From: Planctomycetota bacterium
GTDB taxonomy: Bacteria; Planctomycetota; Planctomycetia; Pirellulales; Lacipirellulaceae
Reading direction: 5' to 3'
Assembly: GCA_039190745.1 (NCBI GenBank)
Contig: JBCCXZ010000012.1
Location: forward strand, 1 to 64,000
DNA length: 64,000 nucleotides
The translations under genes and the position numbers were made by a program. Shown here one piece after another: positions 9,479-19,123 of the stretch (position 1 is the first letter of the stretch; every line of letters starts with the position of its first letter). The notes beneath the pieces were generated by a model, which was given only the letters and a program-made list of their open reading frames with translations, did not search any database and was not told where the DNA came from.

Positions 9479-10237
9479 TCAATTCTGGGGCGGGATCGCG
9501 AAGTTAAAGCCCGACTCACACCACTCCGCGATCTGGTCCGACGCGATCGATTCCACGTGCCCGTCGGCGTACAGATAGTTGGCCGACGTGCTGTTATGCC
9601 GATTGACCGCTACGCTGAGCTGGACCTCCTCAAACACCTGACCGGGCTCAGGAGTCTCGTCTTCAAACCAGTCCTCCGAGTGCACATGATCGAAGTCCCC
9701 GGCGTCCGCCTGCTGCAGCTTCGTAACTTCGAACAGCATGATCGTGCGGTGGGTGGATACCAGGTCGTACAAATTCTCGACAAACCCTTCCGGGCTTTCC
9801 TGGAATCCGCCCCCGAACAGACTCTTCCCGGGAGGCGCTTTCCGCAGGTACCCGTTCATCATGTAACTCGTTCCGGGGGAATTGGTCGTCTTGGCTTTCT
9901 CCAGGAGCTCTACGTCCTCCGGGCAAAACCGCATCTCGTTGACGTTCTCGAGCCAGGGAGCGAGCGTGAAGATCCACGTCTGATCCCGGTCGACCCGGTC
10001 GCCTCCATCAGCATGCCAAACGAAGGGAAACCGCCCGCCGTGGCTGTTCGCGTGCTGGTGGATCGCGAGCCCGATTTGCCGCAGGTTGTTCGCGCACTGC
10101 ACACGCCGAGCCGATGCGCGAGCTGACTGGATCGCCGGCAGCAGCAAGCCGATCAGCACGCCGATGATGGCGATCACCACCAACAACTCGACGAGCGTGA
10201 AGCCAATCGGCTGTTGCTTACGAGCAAGCCTTGCCAC
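9479..10237 (-). CDS. DUF1559 prepilin-like protein with an HVH motif
   Basis: [46 protein letters not shown]-terminal [13 protein letters not shown], internal [10 protein letters not shown]. Confidence 0.92.
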   Translation of the reverse strand: MARLARKQQPIGFTLVELLVVIAIIGVLIGLLLPAIQSARASARRVQCANNLRQIGLAIHQHANSHGGRFPFVWHADGGDRVDRDQTWIFTLAPWLENVNEMRFCPEDVELLEKAKTTNSPGTSYMMNGYLRKAPPGKSLFGGGFQESPEGFVENLYDLVSTHRTIMLFEVTKLQQADAGDFDHVHSEDWFEDETPEPGQVFEEVQLSVAVNRHNSTSANYLYADGHVESIASDQIAEWCESGFNFAIPPQN

Positions 10238-10351
10238 AGGAGGGGCTCTCCGAGCTCGCGCAGTCGCTCGTTCGAACGAGCACCGCCAAAGGCGTGAACG
10301 GGACAGATACAGCGGGCAACCGACGCCGCCGCACGCAGAACGGCCGAGAAC

Positions 10352-10849
10352 TTAGCCGAGTGCAGGCGGGCCGCGTGCGGGGTACTGCAACGCGAGCCGC
10401 AGCGGCTCGGCAACGTCGGACACCGGCGGCTCGTGCGGAGCCGACCAGAAAGCAGCGGGCACTTCGACCCGCTGCTCAAGAACCCTCGCGAGCGAGAGCA
10501 GCGAGCATAGAGAGCAATCGTCGCAACCTTCTAACGAAACCTGGGCCAAGAGAGCCGGGTCCGAAGAAGGCTCTTCACTCGTGCTTCGGGGAGTTGCCGG
10601 TTGGCCGTGGCCAAAAGGACAGTCGCTGCAGCCACACAGCGAAGCAGACGAGCCCGATTCGTTGCCGCCGCCGTGGTGGGTGCTGTGATGGTGGATGCCG
10701 TGGTGGATGCCCGCCAGTCCGTGCAGCCCATAGCCCAAAGACGCAATACATGCATAGATCCCAATTAGGGACCATACAAGAATCGGCGATGAAGGGCGGG
10801 GAGACACGAGGCCGACGGGAGTAGAAGAACGCAGCGGGCGGGGGGACAA
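10352..10849 (-). CDS. DUF2946-like leader protein (TM segment, His-rich, CxxC, C-terminal ARGPP); start uncertain
   Basis: Hydrophobic segment, GIHHGIHHHSTHH, CGCSDC, CDDCSLC, ends YPARGPPALG*. Confidence 0.7.
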   Translation of the reverse strand: MSPRPLRSSTPVGLVSPRPSSPILVWSLIGIYACIASLGYGLHGLAGIHHGIHHHSTHHGGGNESGSSASLCGCSDCPFGHGQPATPRSTSEEPSSDPALLAQVSLEGCDDCSLCSLLSLARVLEQRVEVPAAFWSAPHEPPVSDVAEPLRLALQYPARGPPALG

Positions 10850-10883
10850 AGACTGCCTGCGAACAGAAGTTCACGACACGCCG

Positions 10884-10912
10884 AGTCTATGCGACCGGGG
10901 CCCGAGGGTCAA
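10884..10912 (-). promoter_or_regulatory. sigma70-type promoter for the leader-DUF1559-PEP-CTERM operon
   Basis: Minus strand TTGACC-N17-TAGACT. Confidence 0.65.
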
Positions 10913-10920
10913 ATCGTTTC

Positions 10921-10935
10921 TGCAAATCAATTGCA
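10921..10935. promoter_or_regulatory. candidate Fur-family (Zur-like) operator TGCAAATCAATTGCA
   Basis: TGCAA-N5-TTGCA palindrome, differing by 1 nt from the site at 25039 next to the Fur-family gene. Confidence 0.75.
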
Positions 10936-10965
10936 AATAGAGCGGCCCGCCCCCTGCCTCGCCAG

Positions 10966-11439
10966 TTACGCCAGCGGGGCGTCGTCCAACTCCACCAAAG
11001 CACTGATATACAGCAGCGAATTCCGCTGAGCCGGCGTCGGTGCTTGCCGCACCAAGTCGAGCGCCGCCCGCAACACGTCACGACGACTGATCTGCCCCAG
11101 CAAGCGACCCTCTTCCACAACCGGCAGACGCCGGTAACTCGTCAGCAAAAACAATTGTGCGATAGATAACAATTGCGTGTCGGCCGTGATCGTCTGCGCC
11201 TCGGTGTCCATGAACGCCCGCACACGATTGCTCGGCAACTGCTCGTACGCGGCGTCCAGCAGCACGTGCATCGAGCACTTCTCGCTGAACACGCCCAGGT
11301 ACCGGCCGTCGTCGTCCACGACGGGGGCGCCAGAGATACGCTTCTTCAGCAACAGCTGCACAGCGTTCAGCACGTCCATGTCTGGGTGCAGCGTGACGAG
11401 TTTCTTCACCATGAAGTCGCGGGCGGCGAGCTGCTTCAT
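10966..11439 (-). CDS. CBS-domain pair protein
   Basis: ARDFM...ISGAPVVDDDGRYLGVFSE...RRLPVVEEGRLLGQISRRDVL. Confidence 0.9.
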   Translation of the reverse strand: MKQLAARDFMVKKLVTLHPDMDVLNAVQLLLKKRISGAPVVDDDGRYLGVFSEKCSMHVLLDAAYEQLPSNRVRAFMDTEAQTITADTQLLSIAQLFLLTSYRRLPVVEEGRLLGQISRRDVLRAALDLVRQAPTPAQRNSLLYISALVELDDAPLA

Positions 11440-11597
11440 TGCCTGGGGTCCTCCTCGCCCAACAAGCGCGGGCGTCCATCAAGACAAGCGAGACAATAAG
11501 AAAAGGGCCGCGTTGGCTGGTTCTGTGTCGAACTCATTACGTCCGTAATCGGTGCGTCGCGGTTGCTCTATCGTATCCGAGAATCAGTGCCAAGAGA

Positions 11598-11615
11598 TTG
11601 TGAAAACATTCACAG
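11598..11615. promoter_or_regulatory. Rex-like operator (also fits CRP consensus) TTGTGAAAACATTCACAG
   Basis: One mismatch to TTGTGAA-N4-TTCACAA. Confidence 0.6.
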
Positions 11616-11644
11616 CCGCAAACCCGGGTGCAAAGAGCCGTAGC

Positions 11645-11662
11645 TTGTGAAAGAATTCACAA
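11645..11662. promoter_or_regulatory. Rex-like operator TTGTGAAAGAATTCACAA
   Basis: Perfect TTGTGAA-N4-TTCACAA, extendable by GC/GC flanks. Confidence 0.7.
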
Positions 11663-11716
11663 GCCGCTCACACCCGCCGAAGCCACGGGCTGTTCGGAAA
11701 CAGAGAAACCACCGCC

Positions 11717-13522
11717 ATGGACCTTAGCGACGCGCTCGACGCGATTTCCGCGGCGTTCTTCGCCCTCTTGGGCGTCTGGGCCGCACTCGACCGGCGGCAC
11801 TGGTTTCTGCGCTTCGCGGTAGTCTCGGTCTTTCTTTTTGCCTCGCTGCTGGTCCCCGCGTTCGAGATCGTCCTCGAATTCGGCGTCCTGATTTTATTGA
11901 TCAACGCCGGAGTTTGGCTCGCCATGCTCAGCCGAAACTGGCCGCCAAGGCTCTCCATGGAGTCGGCCCTCCTCGCGATGGTCGTCGTCGCGGTGCTCTC
12001 TGCAGTTGCCGGCGCGGTCCCCTCGCTCGACGCCCGCACGTGGGCGTTCTGCATGTCCGTGGCGTGCGGCGGAGCAGCGATCGCGCTGGGCTGCGTGCAG
12101 CTCGTCTTCGGTTCCCGGAGGCTGCTCGTCCGCATCGCTTTTTTCCCCGCGTTTGTCGCCGCCGCACTAGCGTCGATCGCCGTGATCCGGGGCATCAAGA
12201 ACTCAGCCCTCGGACGTGGGTTTACCTTGCTGCCCAACGGGCAGACCCTGGTCGACTTCGCGAAAGACCACGGCGGAGCGTTCGTCCTGGGGACCGTCCT
12301 AATCCTCGCCGCCCTCTTGCTTGCCCGTGAGACGCAGTGGTTCCACAACGCGCCAGAAGACACAACCCCGTCTCGATGGCGGCTCGTCGGCAGCCGCTGG
12401 ACGCTCGCCACCCTCGTCACGGCGATCTTCGCACCGCTCTTCCTGATCTTTCTGCGTCTGCTCTTCCCAACGCCGCTGCCGCCGATCGAACTGCCCAACC
12501 CCAACGGCTACGACGACATCGTCGCCGCCGGGCGGATAGCCCCGCTCAAGGAACTCCAAGGCATCGCCCGAGACAAAAAGTCGGGCGTGCCGCTGAGTAA
12601 AGCGATTGTCAAGCTGGAGCCGGTTTACGAGCTCATCGATCAGTCCCTGGCCAAACCCATAGTCTCACCTCACTACCACCCGAACGAGAGCGAGCAATCG
12701 CGCCGAGATACCGAAGCGGAGCTTTCGGCCTTGATGGCCCTCTCGTTCCGGGCAGACGCCGCCATCCGCCAATCTAAAATCGATCGCTCCGTCGATGACC
12801 TATTCAATATCTTGCGTGTCGGCAGAAGCCTCAAGAACGATATTGGCCACGCTTGGACGGCATCAAGGTGGTCCGAGTCGATCTTCATCAATCTTGTCAG
12901 CTCAGGCCTTCCGCACTTCGACCCCGGAACATGCAGGCAGATCGCACAACAGTGCATCTCGCACGACTCGACCCGCCAGCCAGTAAAGGACCTCACCCAA
13001 CGCCGACGCATCATCGACGACAACCACGACTGGAAGAACAACCTCTGGAACACACTCGCGGATATCTCGGGGGAGGATCACTACGCATGGATAGAGGATT
13101 GGCAGAAGAGCAAGTCGGTCGATATGCGGCTGCTGATCACCCAGCTCGGCGTGCAGGCTTACTACTCCGAGAGAGGCGCACTCCCCGCATCACTCGATCA
13201 ACTCGTCCCCAACTACCTCGACGCGATTCCACTCGACCCCTTCGGTGATGGCCCGCTCCGCAGCGTCCGCGGCCGCCGCTCGCTGACCGTCTACAGCGTC
13301 GGCCGCGACGGGCTCGACCAAACCAACGTCGTCAGTGATACGCCGATCACCGGCGACGACGTATCGGTACCTGCCCCGCGTTACGGGCTCGCCGAGTGCT
13401 TGTGGTTCATGCTCGCCGACCGCGTCGAACCGCTCGCCCGAACCCTCCAGCAGATTCTTGTAGAAAGTGGCCGCCTCATCCGAGATAATGCGGCCAGGCT
13501 CGAACAAGCCAACGTTCCTTGA
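11717..13522 (+). CDS. hypothetical multi-pass membrane protein with a C-terminal soluble domain
   Basis: About 8 hydrophobic segments, then LPNPNGYD and a pseudopilin-like tail LPASLDQLVPNYLDAIPLDPF...YSVGRDG. Confidence 0.7.
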   Translation: MDLSDALDAISAAFFALLGVWAALDRRHWFLRFAVVSVFLFASLLVPAFEIVLEFGVLILLINAGVWLAMLSRNWPPRLSMESALLAMVVVAVLSAVAGAVPSLDARTWAFCMSVACGGAAIALGCVQLVFGSRRLLVRIAFFPAFVAAALASIAVIRGIKNSALGRGFTLLPNGQTLVDFAKDHGGAFVLGTVLILAALLLARETQWFHNAPEDTTPSRWRLVGSRWTLATLVTAIFAPLFLIFLRLLFPTPLPPIELPNPNGYDDIVAAGRIAPLKELQGIARDKKSGVPLSKAIVKLEPVYELIDQSLAKPIVSPHYHPNESEQSRRDTEAELSALMALSFRADAAIRQSKIDRSVDDLFNILRVGRSLKNDIGHAWTASRWSESIFINLVSSGLPHFDPGTCRQIAQQCISHDSTRQPVKDLTQRRRIIDDNHDWKNNLWNTLADISGEDHYAWIEDWQKSKSVDMRLLITQLGVQAYYSERGALPASLDQLVPNYLDAIPLDPFGDGPLRSVRGRRSLTVYSVGRDGLDQTNVVSDTPITGDDVSVPAPRYGLAECLWFMLADRVEPLARTLQQILVESGRLIRDNAARLEQANVP

Positions 13523-13802
13523 CAACCGAATGGGGGGCGTTATCGCAGCGCTGATAGCCGCCGACCTACGCGTCGGCGGTGGTGCGTGAGAGGTCAATCG
13601 CAAACCCCAGTATCGAGAATCCCAATACTACGCCGCGAAAAACCCTGCACGAGATTACGTAAACCCCGAGTCGTTTTGCCCGCCGCTCGATAGCTGCGAC
13701 TCTACGAGTCGCTGGCGAACCCAAGACCGATGCGGTCAAAAGAAAGCGACTAGTGTCACGCCAGAGCGTGATCGCTGTTTTCACGCCAAAACTAAGCAGC
13801 GG

Positions 13803-14915
13803 CTACAGCCCCTCGTTGAGCCCCTGCAAGTCGGCCGGCACAAACCGCCCGTCCTTCCGCAGCAGCTCGCCGTCGAACCACACCTCGCCGCCGCCGTAGT
13901 CCTCCCGCTGGATCAGCACCATGTCCCAGTGGATCTGGCTGCGGTTGCCGTTGTCGGCGATCTCGTAAGCCTGGCCGGGCGTGAGGTGGAAGCTGCCGCC
14001 GATCTTCTCGTCGAACAGCGTGTCGAGCATCGGGTGACGCACCCGGTTGTTCGTGCCTAGCGACCACTCGCCGCAGTACCGGGCGCCTTCGTCGCACTGG
14101 AAGATCGCGTTCAGGTCGGCCGTCCGGTTCGAGGTCGCCTTCACGATCTCGCCGTTCTTGAACTCCAGTTCCACGTTCTCGAACACCTTGCCCTGATACT
14201 CGCTCGGCGTGTTGAACCGGATCACCCCGTTGATGCTGTCCCGCACCGGCGCGGTGAACACCTCGCCGTCGGGGATGTTCCGCTCCCCGTTGCAAGGGAT
14301 CACGGGGATGCCCTTGATCGAGAACTCCAGCTCGGTCCCCTCGGCCGTGATCCGCACATGGTCGGCCGCCTCCATCCGCTTGACCAGTGGCTTCTGAGCC
14401 TCGGCCATCGCCTTGTAGTCGGCCGTGCAGACGTCGAAGAAGAAGTCCTCGAAGGCCTCGGTGCTCATCCGAGCCGCCTGGGCGAACGAATCGGTCGGGT
14501 AGCGCAGCACGACCCACTTCGTCTCCGGCACCCGCGACTCGCCGTGCACGGGCTTCCACCAGTGCTCTTGGTAGAGGTCCATCCGCTCCTGCGGCACGTC
14601 AGCGAACTGCGTGGCGTTCGAGGAGCCGCGGATGGCGATGAAGGCGTCCATCGCGTCCATCCGCTCCTTCTCGAACCTGCCGGCGAGCTTCATGCTCTCC
14701 TCGGTCGCATGGCGGTAGAGCGACCGGAGGACTTCGTTACTCTGCCACTTTGCCAACGGCACAGCGCCCCGCTTGGCAGCCCCTTCGATGAGCGCACAAA
14801 CCAGCGCCGGCGAGGGCAGGTCTTCCGCTTCGATGAGGATCTTCTCACCACCCTTCAACTGGCAGCTGTGGTCGAGAAGGAGGTCGGCGAGCGTCTGGAT
14901 GCGGGGGTCGCGCAT
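13803..14915 (-). CDS. M29-family (AmpS/PepS-like) aminopeptidase
   Basis: MRDPRIQTLADLL, NIPDGEVFTAP, GEWSLG, LFDEKIGGSFHLTPG, SQIHWDMV. Confidence 0.9.
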   Translation of the reverse strand: MRDPRIQTLADLLLDHSCQLKGGEKILIEAEDLPSPALVCALIEGAAKRGAVPLAKWQSNEVLRSLYRHATEESMKLAGRFEKERMDAMDAFIAIRGSSNATQFADVPQERMDLYQEHWWKPVHGESRVPETKWVVLRYPTDSFAQAARMSTEAFEDFFFDVCTADYKAMAEAQKPLVKRMEAADHVRITAEGTELEFSIKGIPVIPCNGERNIPDGEVFTAPVRDSINGVIRFNTPSEYQGKVFENVELEFKNGEIVKATSNRTADLNAIFQCDEGARYCGEWSLGTNNRVRHPMLDTLFDEKIGGSFHLTPGQAYEIADNGNRSQIHWDMVLIQREDYGGGEVWFDGELLRKDGRFVPADLQGLNEGL

Positions 14916-15077
14916 GCGTGGGTGTCTCAATAGTGGCAAGCTGCAGGAACCGACGGAATCCCTACGATGCTACGGCTTTTGGAGGCCTTCCACAATCGGA
15001 CGAGAGCGCCCCGCGCGTTATAATTCAGGTGAGCCGGCACGAAGTCGGCGCAGCACGCTTTGCAGAACGAGAACCCC

Positions 15078-17000
15078 ATGGCTACCGGCGCCCCTTCCCC
15101 CCCCGGGACCGACCACAACGCCCCGTCGTTCGCTGAGACTGCGCTCACCCTCGGCGGCAAGAGCGCCGACGAGGCCCGCCGCACCGGAGCGATCGACAAG
15201 GCAGACGACCAGGTCGAAGCGCTCTTCGCACCGCAGTACCAGACGGTCAACAGCCCGGCCCACCGCGTGGTGTGGGAGAAGGGCGCCCCGGTGTCGTTGT
15301 TCCAGAGCGAGCCCGCCGCCGCCCCGCCCGAGGCCCAGCGGGTGATGGACGACTCGGTCGAGGTCGTCCGCCGCCACCGCCGCGGCGCCACGCTCCACGA
15401 CGAAGCCGGCAAGATCCGCCCCGAGGTGATGCAAGACCTCGGCGAGGCCGGCTACTGGGGACTGCTGGTCGACCCGCAGTACGGCGGCCAGGGGACCCCG
15501 TTCGCCGCGTTCGCGCCGTTCCTTACCCGAATGGCCACCGTCGACCCCACCATCGCCGGCCTGGCGTCGGTCCACGGCTGCATCGGGGCAGTCGACCCCG
15601 TCAGCAGCTTCGGCAACGACGAGCAGAAAGAACGGTTCCTGCCCGACCTGGCCAGCGGCCAGCGGCTGAGCGCCTTCGCCCTCACCGAGCCCGGCGCCGG
15701 CAGCGACCTCACCGCCCTCCGCACCCGCGCCGTCTTAGACGGCGACCACTACGTCGTCCACGGCGAGAAGCTGTTCATCACCAACGTCGTCCCGGGGCGC
15801 ACCATCGGCTTGGTCTGTCTCATCAACGACAAGCCCGCCGTGCTTGTCGTCGACCTGCCGGCCGAAGAGTCCGAACAGTTCCAGATCCGCAAGTACGGCC
15901 TCTGGGCGCTCAAGCACACGCACAACCAGGGCCTCGTGTTCAACGGCCTCCGCGTGCCGGCGGAGAACCTGCTCAAGCCGCCCCGCGGCAACGGCCTGAC
16001 CATTGCCTACCACGGCCTGAACCTCGGCCGCATCGCGCTCTGCGCCAACGCCGCGGGCACGATGCGGATCATGCTCGCCAGCATGATCCCGTGGTCCAAC
16101 TTCCGCGTCACGTACAGCGAGCCGATCGCCCGCCGCGAGCTGGTTCAGCGTCGCATGGGGCAGCTCGCCGGGCTGATCACCGCCAGCGATGCGCTGGTCG
16201 CCTGGTGCGCTCAGCTCATCGACCACGGCTACCGCGGCGAGATGGAGTGCACGATCGCCAAGGTGTTCGGCAGCGAGGCCCAGAAGCACGCGGCCATCGA
16301 ACTGTTCATGAAGACCCACGGCGGCCGGTCGTTCCTGCACGGCCACCTGCTGGGCGACAACGTCCACGAGTACCTCGCCCCCTGCATTTATGAGGGCGAA
16401 GGCGAGATGCTCAGCATGGCGTTCTTCAAGTCGCTCGTAAAACACCACGGTGTGACGTACTTCGAGCCGGTCGGTAAAGCCCTCGCCGCGGCGGGCATCA
16501 AGAAGCCCAACCCGCTGAACCCCGCCCACGCCTGGGCCCTGCGGAGCGTCGCACTGCCCTTCCTCAAGTGGATGGTCGCCCGTCGGCTTGCCCCCGCGGC
16601 GAAGACCGCCATGCCCGAGATGCCCCCCGCGCTCCGCGGCCACGCCGAGTTCGCCTGCGACGCCCTGCAGCGGATGGCCGTCGAAATCTCCGGCACGATG
16701 CAGAAATTCCAGCTCAAGCTCGCCGACCGGCAGTGCCGCATGGCCGAGCTCTCGCTCCGCTGCCAGGCGCTCATCACGGTGCTGTGCACCAGCCTCTACG
16801 GAGCGCGTCAGGAAGACGAGCTCAGCCGCGAGGCGGCGGACATCTTCTGCCAGGAGCAACGCCAGCAGTACATAGGACGCCGGCCCTCCAACCGCTACTA
16901 CAAGCAGGTCACGCAGCTCGGCGCCGCGATCGCCGAAGGCGGCTACCGGCCCATCGAGGGTCTGCAGCCGGATGAAGTGATGATGCCATACGAGGCGTAG
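15078..17000 (+). CDS. acyl-CoA dehydrogenase family protein
   Basis: AFALTEPGAGSD, GEKLFITN, LNLGRIAL, IYEGEGE. Confidence 0.9.
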   Translation: MATGAPSPPGTDHNAPSFAETALTLGGKSADEARRTGAIDKADDQVEALFAPQYQTVNSPAHRVVWEKGAPVSLFQSEPAAAPPEAQRVMDDSVEVVRRHRRGATLHDEAGKIRPEVMQDLGEAGYWGLLVDPQYGGQGTPFAAFAPFLTRMATVDPTIAGLASVHGCIGAVDPVSSFGNDEQKERFLPDLASGQRLSAFALTEPGAGSDLTALRTRAVLDGDHYVVHGEKLFITNVVPGRTIGLVCLINDKPAVLVVDLPAEESEQFQIRKYGLWALKHTHNQGLVFNGLRVPAENLLKPPRGNGLTIAYHGLNLGRIALCANAAGTMRIMLASMIPWSNFRVTYSEPIARRELVQRRMGQLAGLITASDALVAWCAQLIDHGYRGEMECTIAKVFGSEAQKHAAIELFMKTHGGRSFLHGHLLGDNVHEYLAPCIYEGEGEMLSMAFFKSLVKHHGVTYFEPVGKALAAAGIKKPNPLNPAHAWALRSVALPFLKWMVARRLAPAAKTAMPEMPPALRGHAEFACDALQRMAVEISGTMQKFQLKLADRQCRMAELSLRCQALITVLCTSLYGARQEDELSREAADIFCQEQRQQYIGRRPSNRYYKQVTQLGAAIAEGGYRPIEGLQPDEVMMPYEA

Positions 17001-17096
17001 TGGTCCGCGCCTTGGATTCTGTTCTACACGGTCAGCCCCACGAGAGTTCTAGGCAGTCACTCTGAACGACAACTGCAGCCATCGAGCTAGCTCAGT

Positions 17097-18401
17097 CTAC
17101 TCGTCCACAGGCAACTCTTTGACCTGGAGCTCTCCTACACGCAAATCCCCGTACAGAACCTTCGCCACCGCCGGTTCGTCGGCTTGACCGTCGGGTTTAG
17201 CGTGCCACCAGGCAACGATCTTGTCTGAGTCGCCGAACCGGACGCCTTCACCGCGGTAGCGCCACACCTGATCGGCGGCAATCTGTTCGAGGAACATCGC
17301 ACCCCGAGCGAACGATTGCTGCAGCTGCATGCCGATCTTCAGCCGCTCGAACCCTTCCGCCTCCAGGAGGTCCGGGCGGTTGAGCGCGTCGGCGAGCTTC
17401 TTCATCACGGCCGGTCGCTGCTGCTTGTCCCGAGCAGCCTCGAGCACCTGCTCCTGGATGATCGAGACCAGCGTCATGGTATTGAACCGCGCCGGAAACT
17501 CATCGTCGTTCAGCTTCACGATGAAGCGGATCAGGCCAACGAATTCCTCCTGCCCGCCGCCCTGGAGGTCGACCTCGAAACTCCGTAGCGAGTACCCCTC
17601 GGGGGGTTCTAGGCTGAAGAGCGACTCGTCGACCGGGGCGTTCCAAGCGAAGTCGGTCATGGTCATCCGGCTACCGGATTGAGTCGTATTGCGGGATTCG
17701 CTGAAGAGGATCTTCAGTGGCAGATTATTTTCGGGGTCGATCCAAATGGTGCAGAACTCTCCCTGGCGATCCACCAAGAATTTCAACGCGGACTGTTCTC
17801 CCACCTGCTCCCGGCCGACGTACTCCGCCGACTCATCGGTGAGTTTGCGGAACTCTTCGATCAGGTGCTTGTGCTGCGGTTCGCCGGGGCCGGCCGAGAG
17901 CTCCAAGGCATTGGCCTGCTTCACCGCCGGCATAAGCAACAGGCCTTTTTCTGCCCGGAAGTCGTACAGCTGCACGAAAGACGTGGGGCCGACCTCCATC
18001 TCCATCCTCATCCAGGCCGGTTCTAGCAGCGCGATCTGGCTGGCGACCTCCACTTCGTCATCCGAGTAGATCGTCAGCCGATAAGTCGCGGTCCGGATCT
18101 CCTGGAAGTGATCCAGCATCGCGGCGAAGGCGGCGCCCTGGCCGCCGTTCATCTGCACCAACAACCACCCCGCTGCGATAAGCACAACCAACACAGCGAC
18201 GGAAAGCACACGGCTCATGACTAATCCTCCGACGAGTCCAGGAAGGGGCGGAGGAGAGACCTCCTCCGGAGTTTGCGCCAGCTGCGCGACCAAACGCTTG
18301 TTCAAATCCTCGGGAGGCCCCTCGGGCACAGCCTGTCCAGCGAAGGCCTCGACCCACTGGTCGACGGGGTCAGGCGATGGTTCGGGATGATTTCGGTTCA
18401 T
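17097..18401 (-). CDS. putative anti-sigma factor with an extracytoplasmic LolA-like domain
   Basis: Overlaps the ECF gene end. Single TM, then IWIDPENNLPLKI...DFAWNAPVDESLFSLEPPEGY. Confidence 0.65.
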   Translation of the reverse strand: MNRNHPEPSPDPVDQWVEAFAGQAVPEGPPEDLNKRLVAQLAQTPEEVSPPPLPGLVGGLVMSRVLSVAVLVVLIAAGWLLVQMNGGQGAAFAAMLDHFQEIRTATYRLTIYSDDEVEVASQIALLEPAWMRMEMEVGPTSFVQLYDFRAEKGLLLMPAVKQANALELSAGPGEPQHKHLIEEFRKLTDESAEYVGREQVGEQSALKFLVDRQGEFCTIWIDPENNLPLKILFSESRNTTQSGSRMTMTDFAWNAPVDESLFSLEPPEGYSLRSFEVDLQGGGQEEFVGLIRFIVKLNDDEFPARFNTMTLVSIIQEQVLEAARDKQQRPAVMKKLADALNRPDLLEAEGFERLKIGMQLQQSFARGAMFLEQIAADQVWRYRGEGVRFGDSDKIVAWWHAKPDGQADEPAVAKVLYGDLRVGELQVKELPVDE

Positions 18402-18906
18402 CGTCGCACCTGTTCGTAGAATCCATGGGCCCCATGAGTTCGCGCAGCTTCTTCTTCGCCCGGTGCAGCCACACGGCGGATTGCTTCGCCGTGCAGTGCA
18501 GTACGCGGGCAATTTCTTCGTGACTGAGCTCTTCGATTTCTCGCAGCAAGAAGACCTCGGCCTGTTTTTTCGGGAGTTCCGACAAACAGCACCGAAGCCG
18601 CTGGACCTGTTCCTGGGTATCCATCCGGTGATCGGGCCCCGGCCCGGGCGCCGGCGGCTCGTACGGTTCGGGCAGTTCCTCGGTGCCGCGGTAACGCCTC
18701 CTGAGTCGGTCCATGGCCCTGGCAGTGGCGATCCGACGTAACAGCGTCGACCAGTTCCTCACCTCATTACGCGACGCAAAACGCATCGCCTGCATGAATG
18801 TCTCTTGATAGCAGTCTTCGGTGTCTTCACGATCCGAGAGCAGCCTGTACAGCGTGCGCCAGACCTCTCGGCCGTGCTGCTCCACGATGGCCGACCAATC
18901 GATCAC
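18370..18906 (-). CDS. ECF-type RNA polymerase sigma factor
   Basis: DTEDCYQETF (region 2) and LPKKQAEVFLLREIEELSHEEIARVL..WLHRAKKKLR (region 4). Confidence 0.9.
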   Translation of the reverse strand: MIDWSAIVEQHGREVWRTLYRLLSDREDTEDCYQETFMQAMRFASRNEVRNWSTLLRRIATARAMDRLRRRYRGTEELPEPYEPPAPGPGPDHRMDTQEQVQRLRCCLSELPKKQAEVFLLREIEELSHEEIARVLHCTAKQSAVWLHRAKKKLRELMGPMDSTNRCDDEPKSSRTIA

Positions 18907-19123
18907 GGCCCACTTGCCCGTCGGGTTTTGTTTCTCTATGCCGCACCCGGCTCGGTTTGCCGGGAGATTAGTGCCGCACGCAATACAGTAGTCGCATTGC
19001 CGAGGGAGTTATTGCAGCGACGCTAGAAAAAAACCCTGGCAGTCCACCCGTGGAACTCAACCGAGTGTATGTCCTATAACTGTTCTTGCGTTCCTGAATC
19101 GAGTGCTTTGAGCCCCCAGTACC

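Noticed and set aside
13523..13802. Hairpins in the gap between convergent genes as a possible ncRNA
   Set aside because: Adequately explained as termination structures. No second copy or known motif was recognised.
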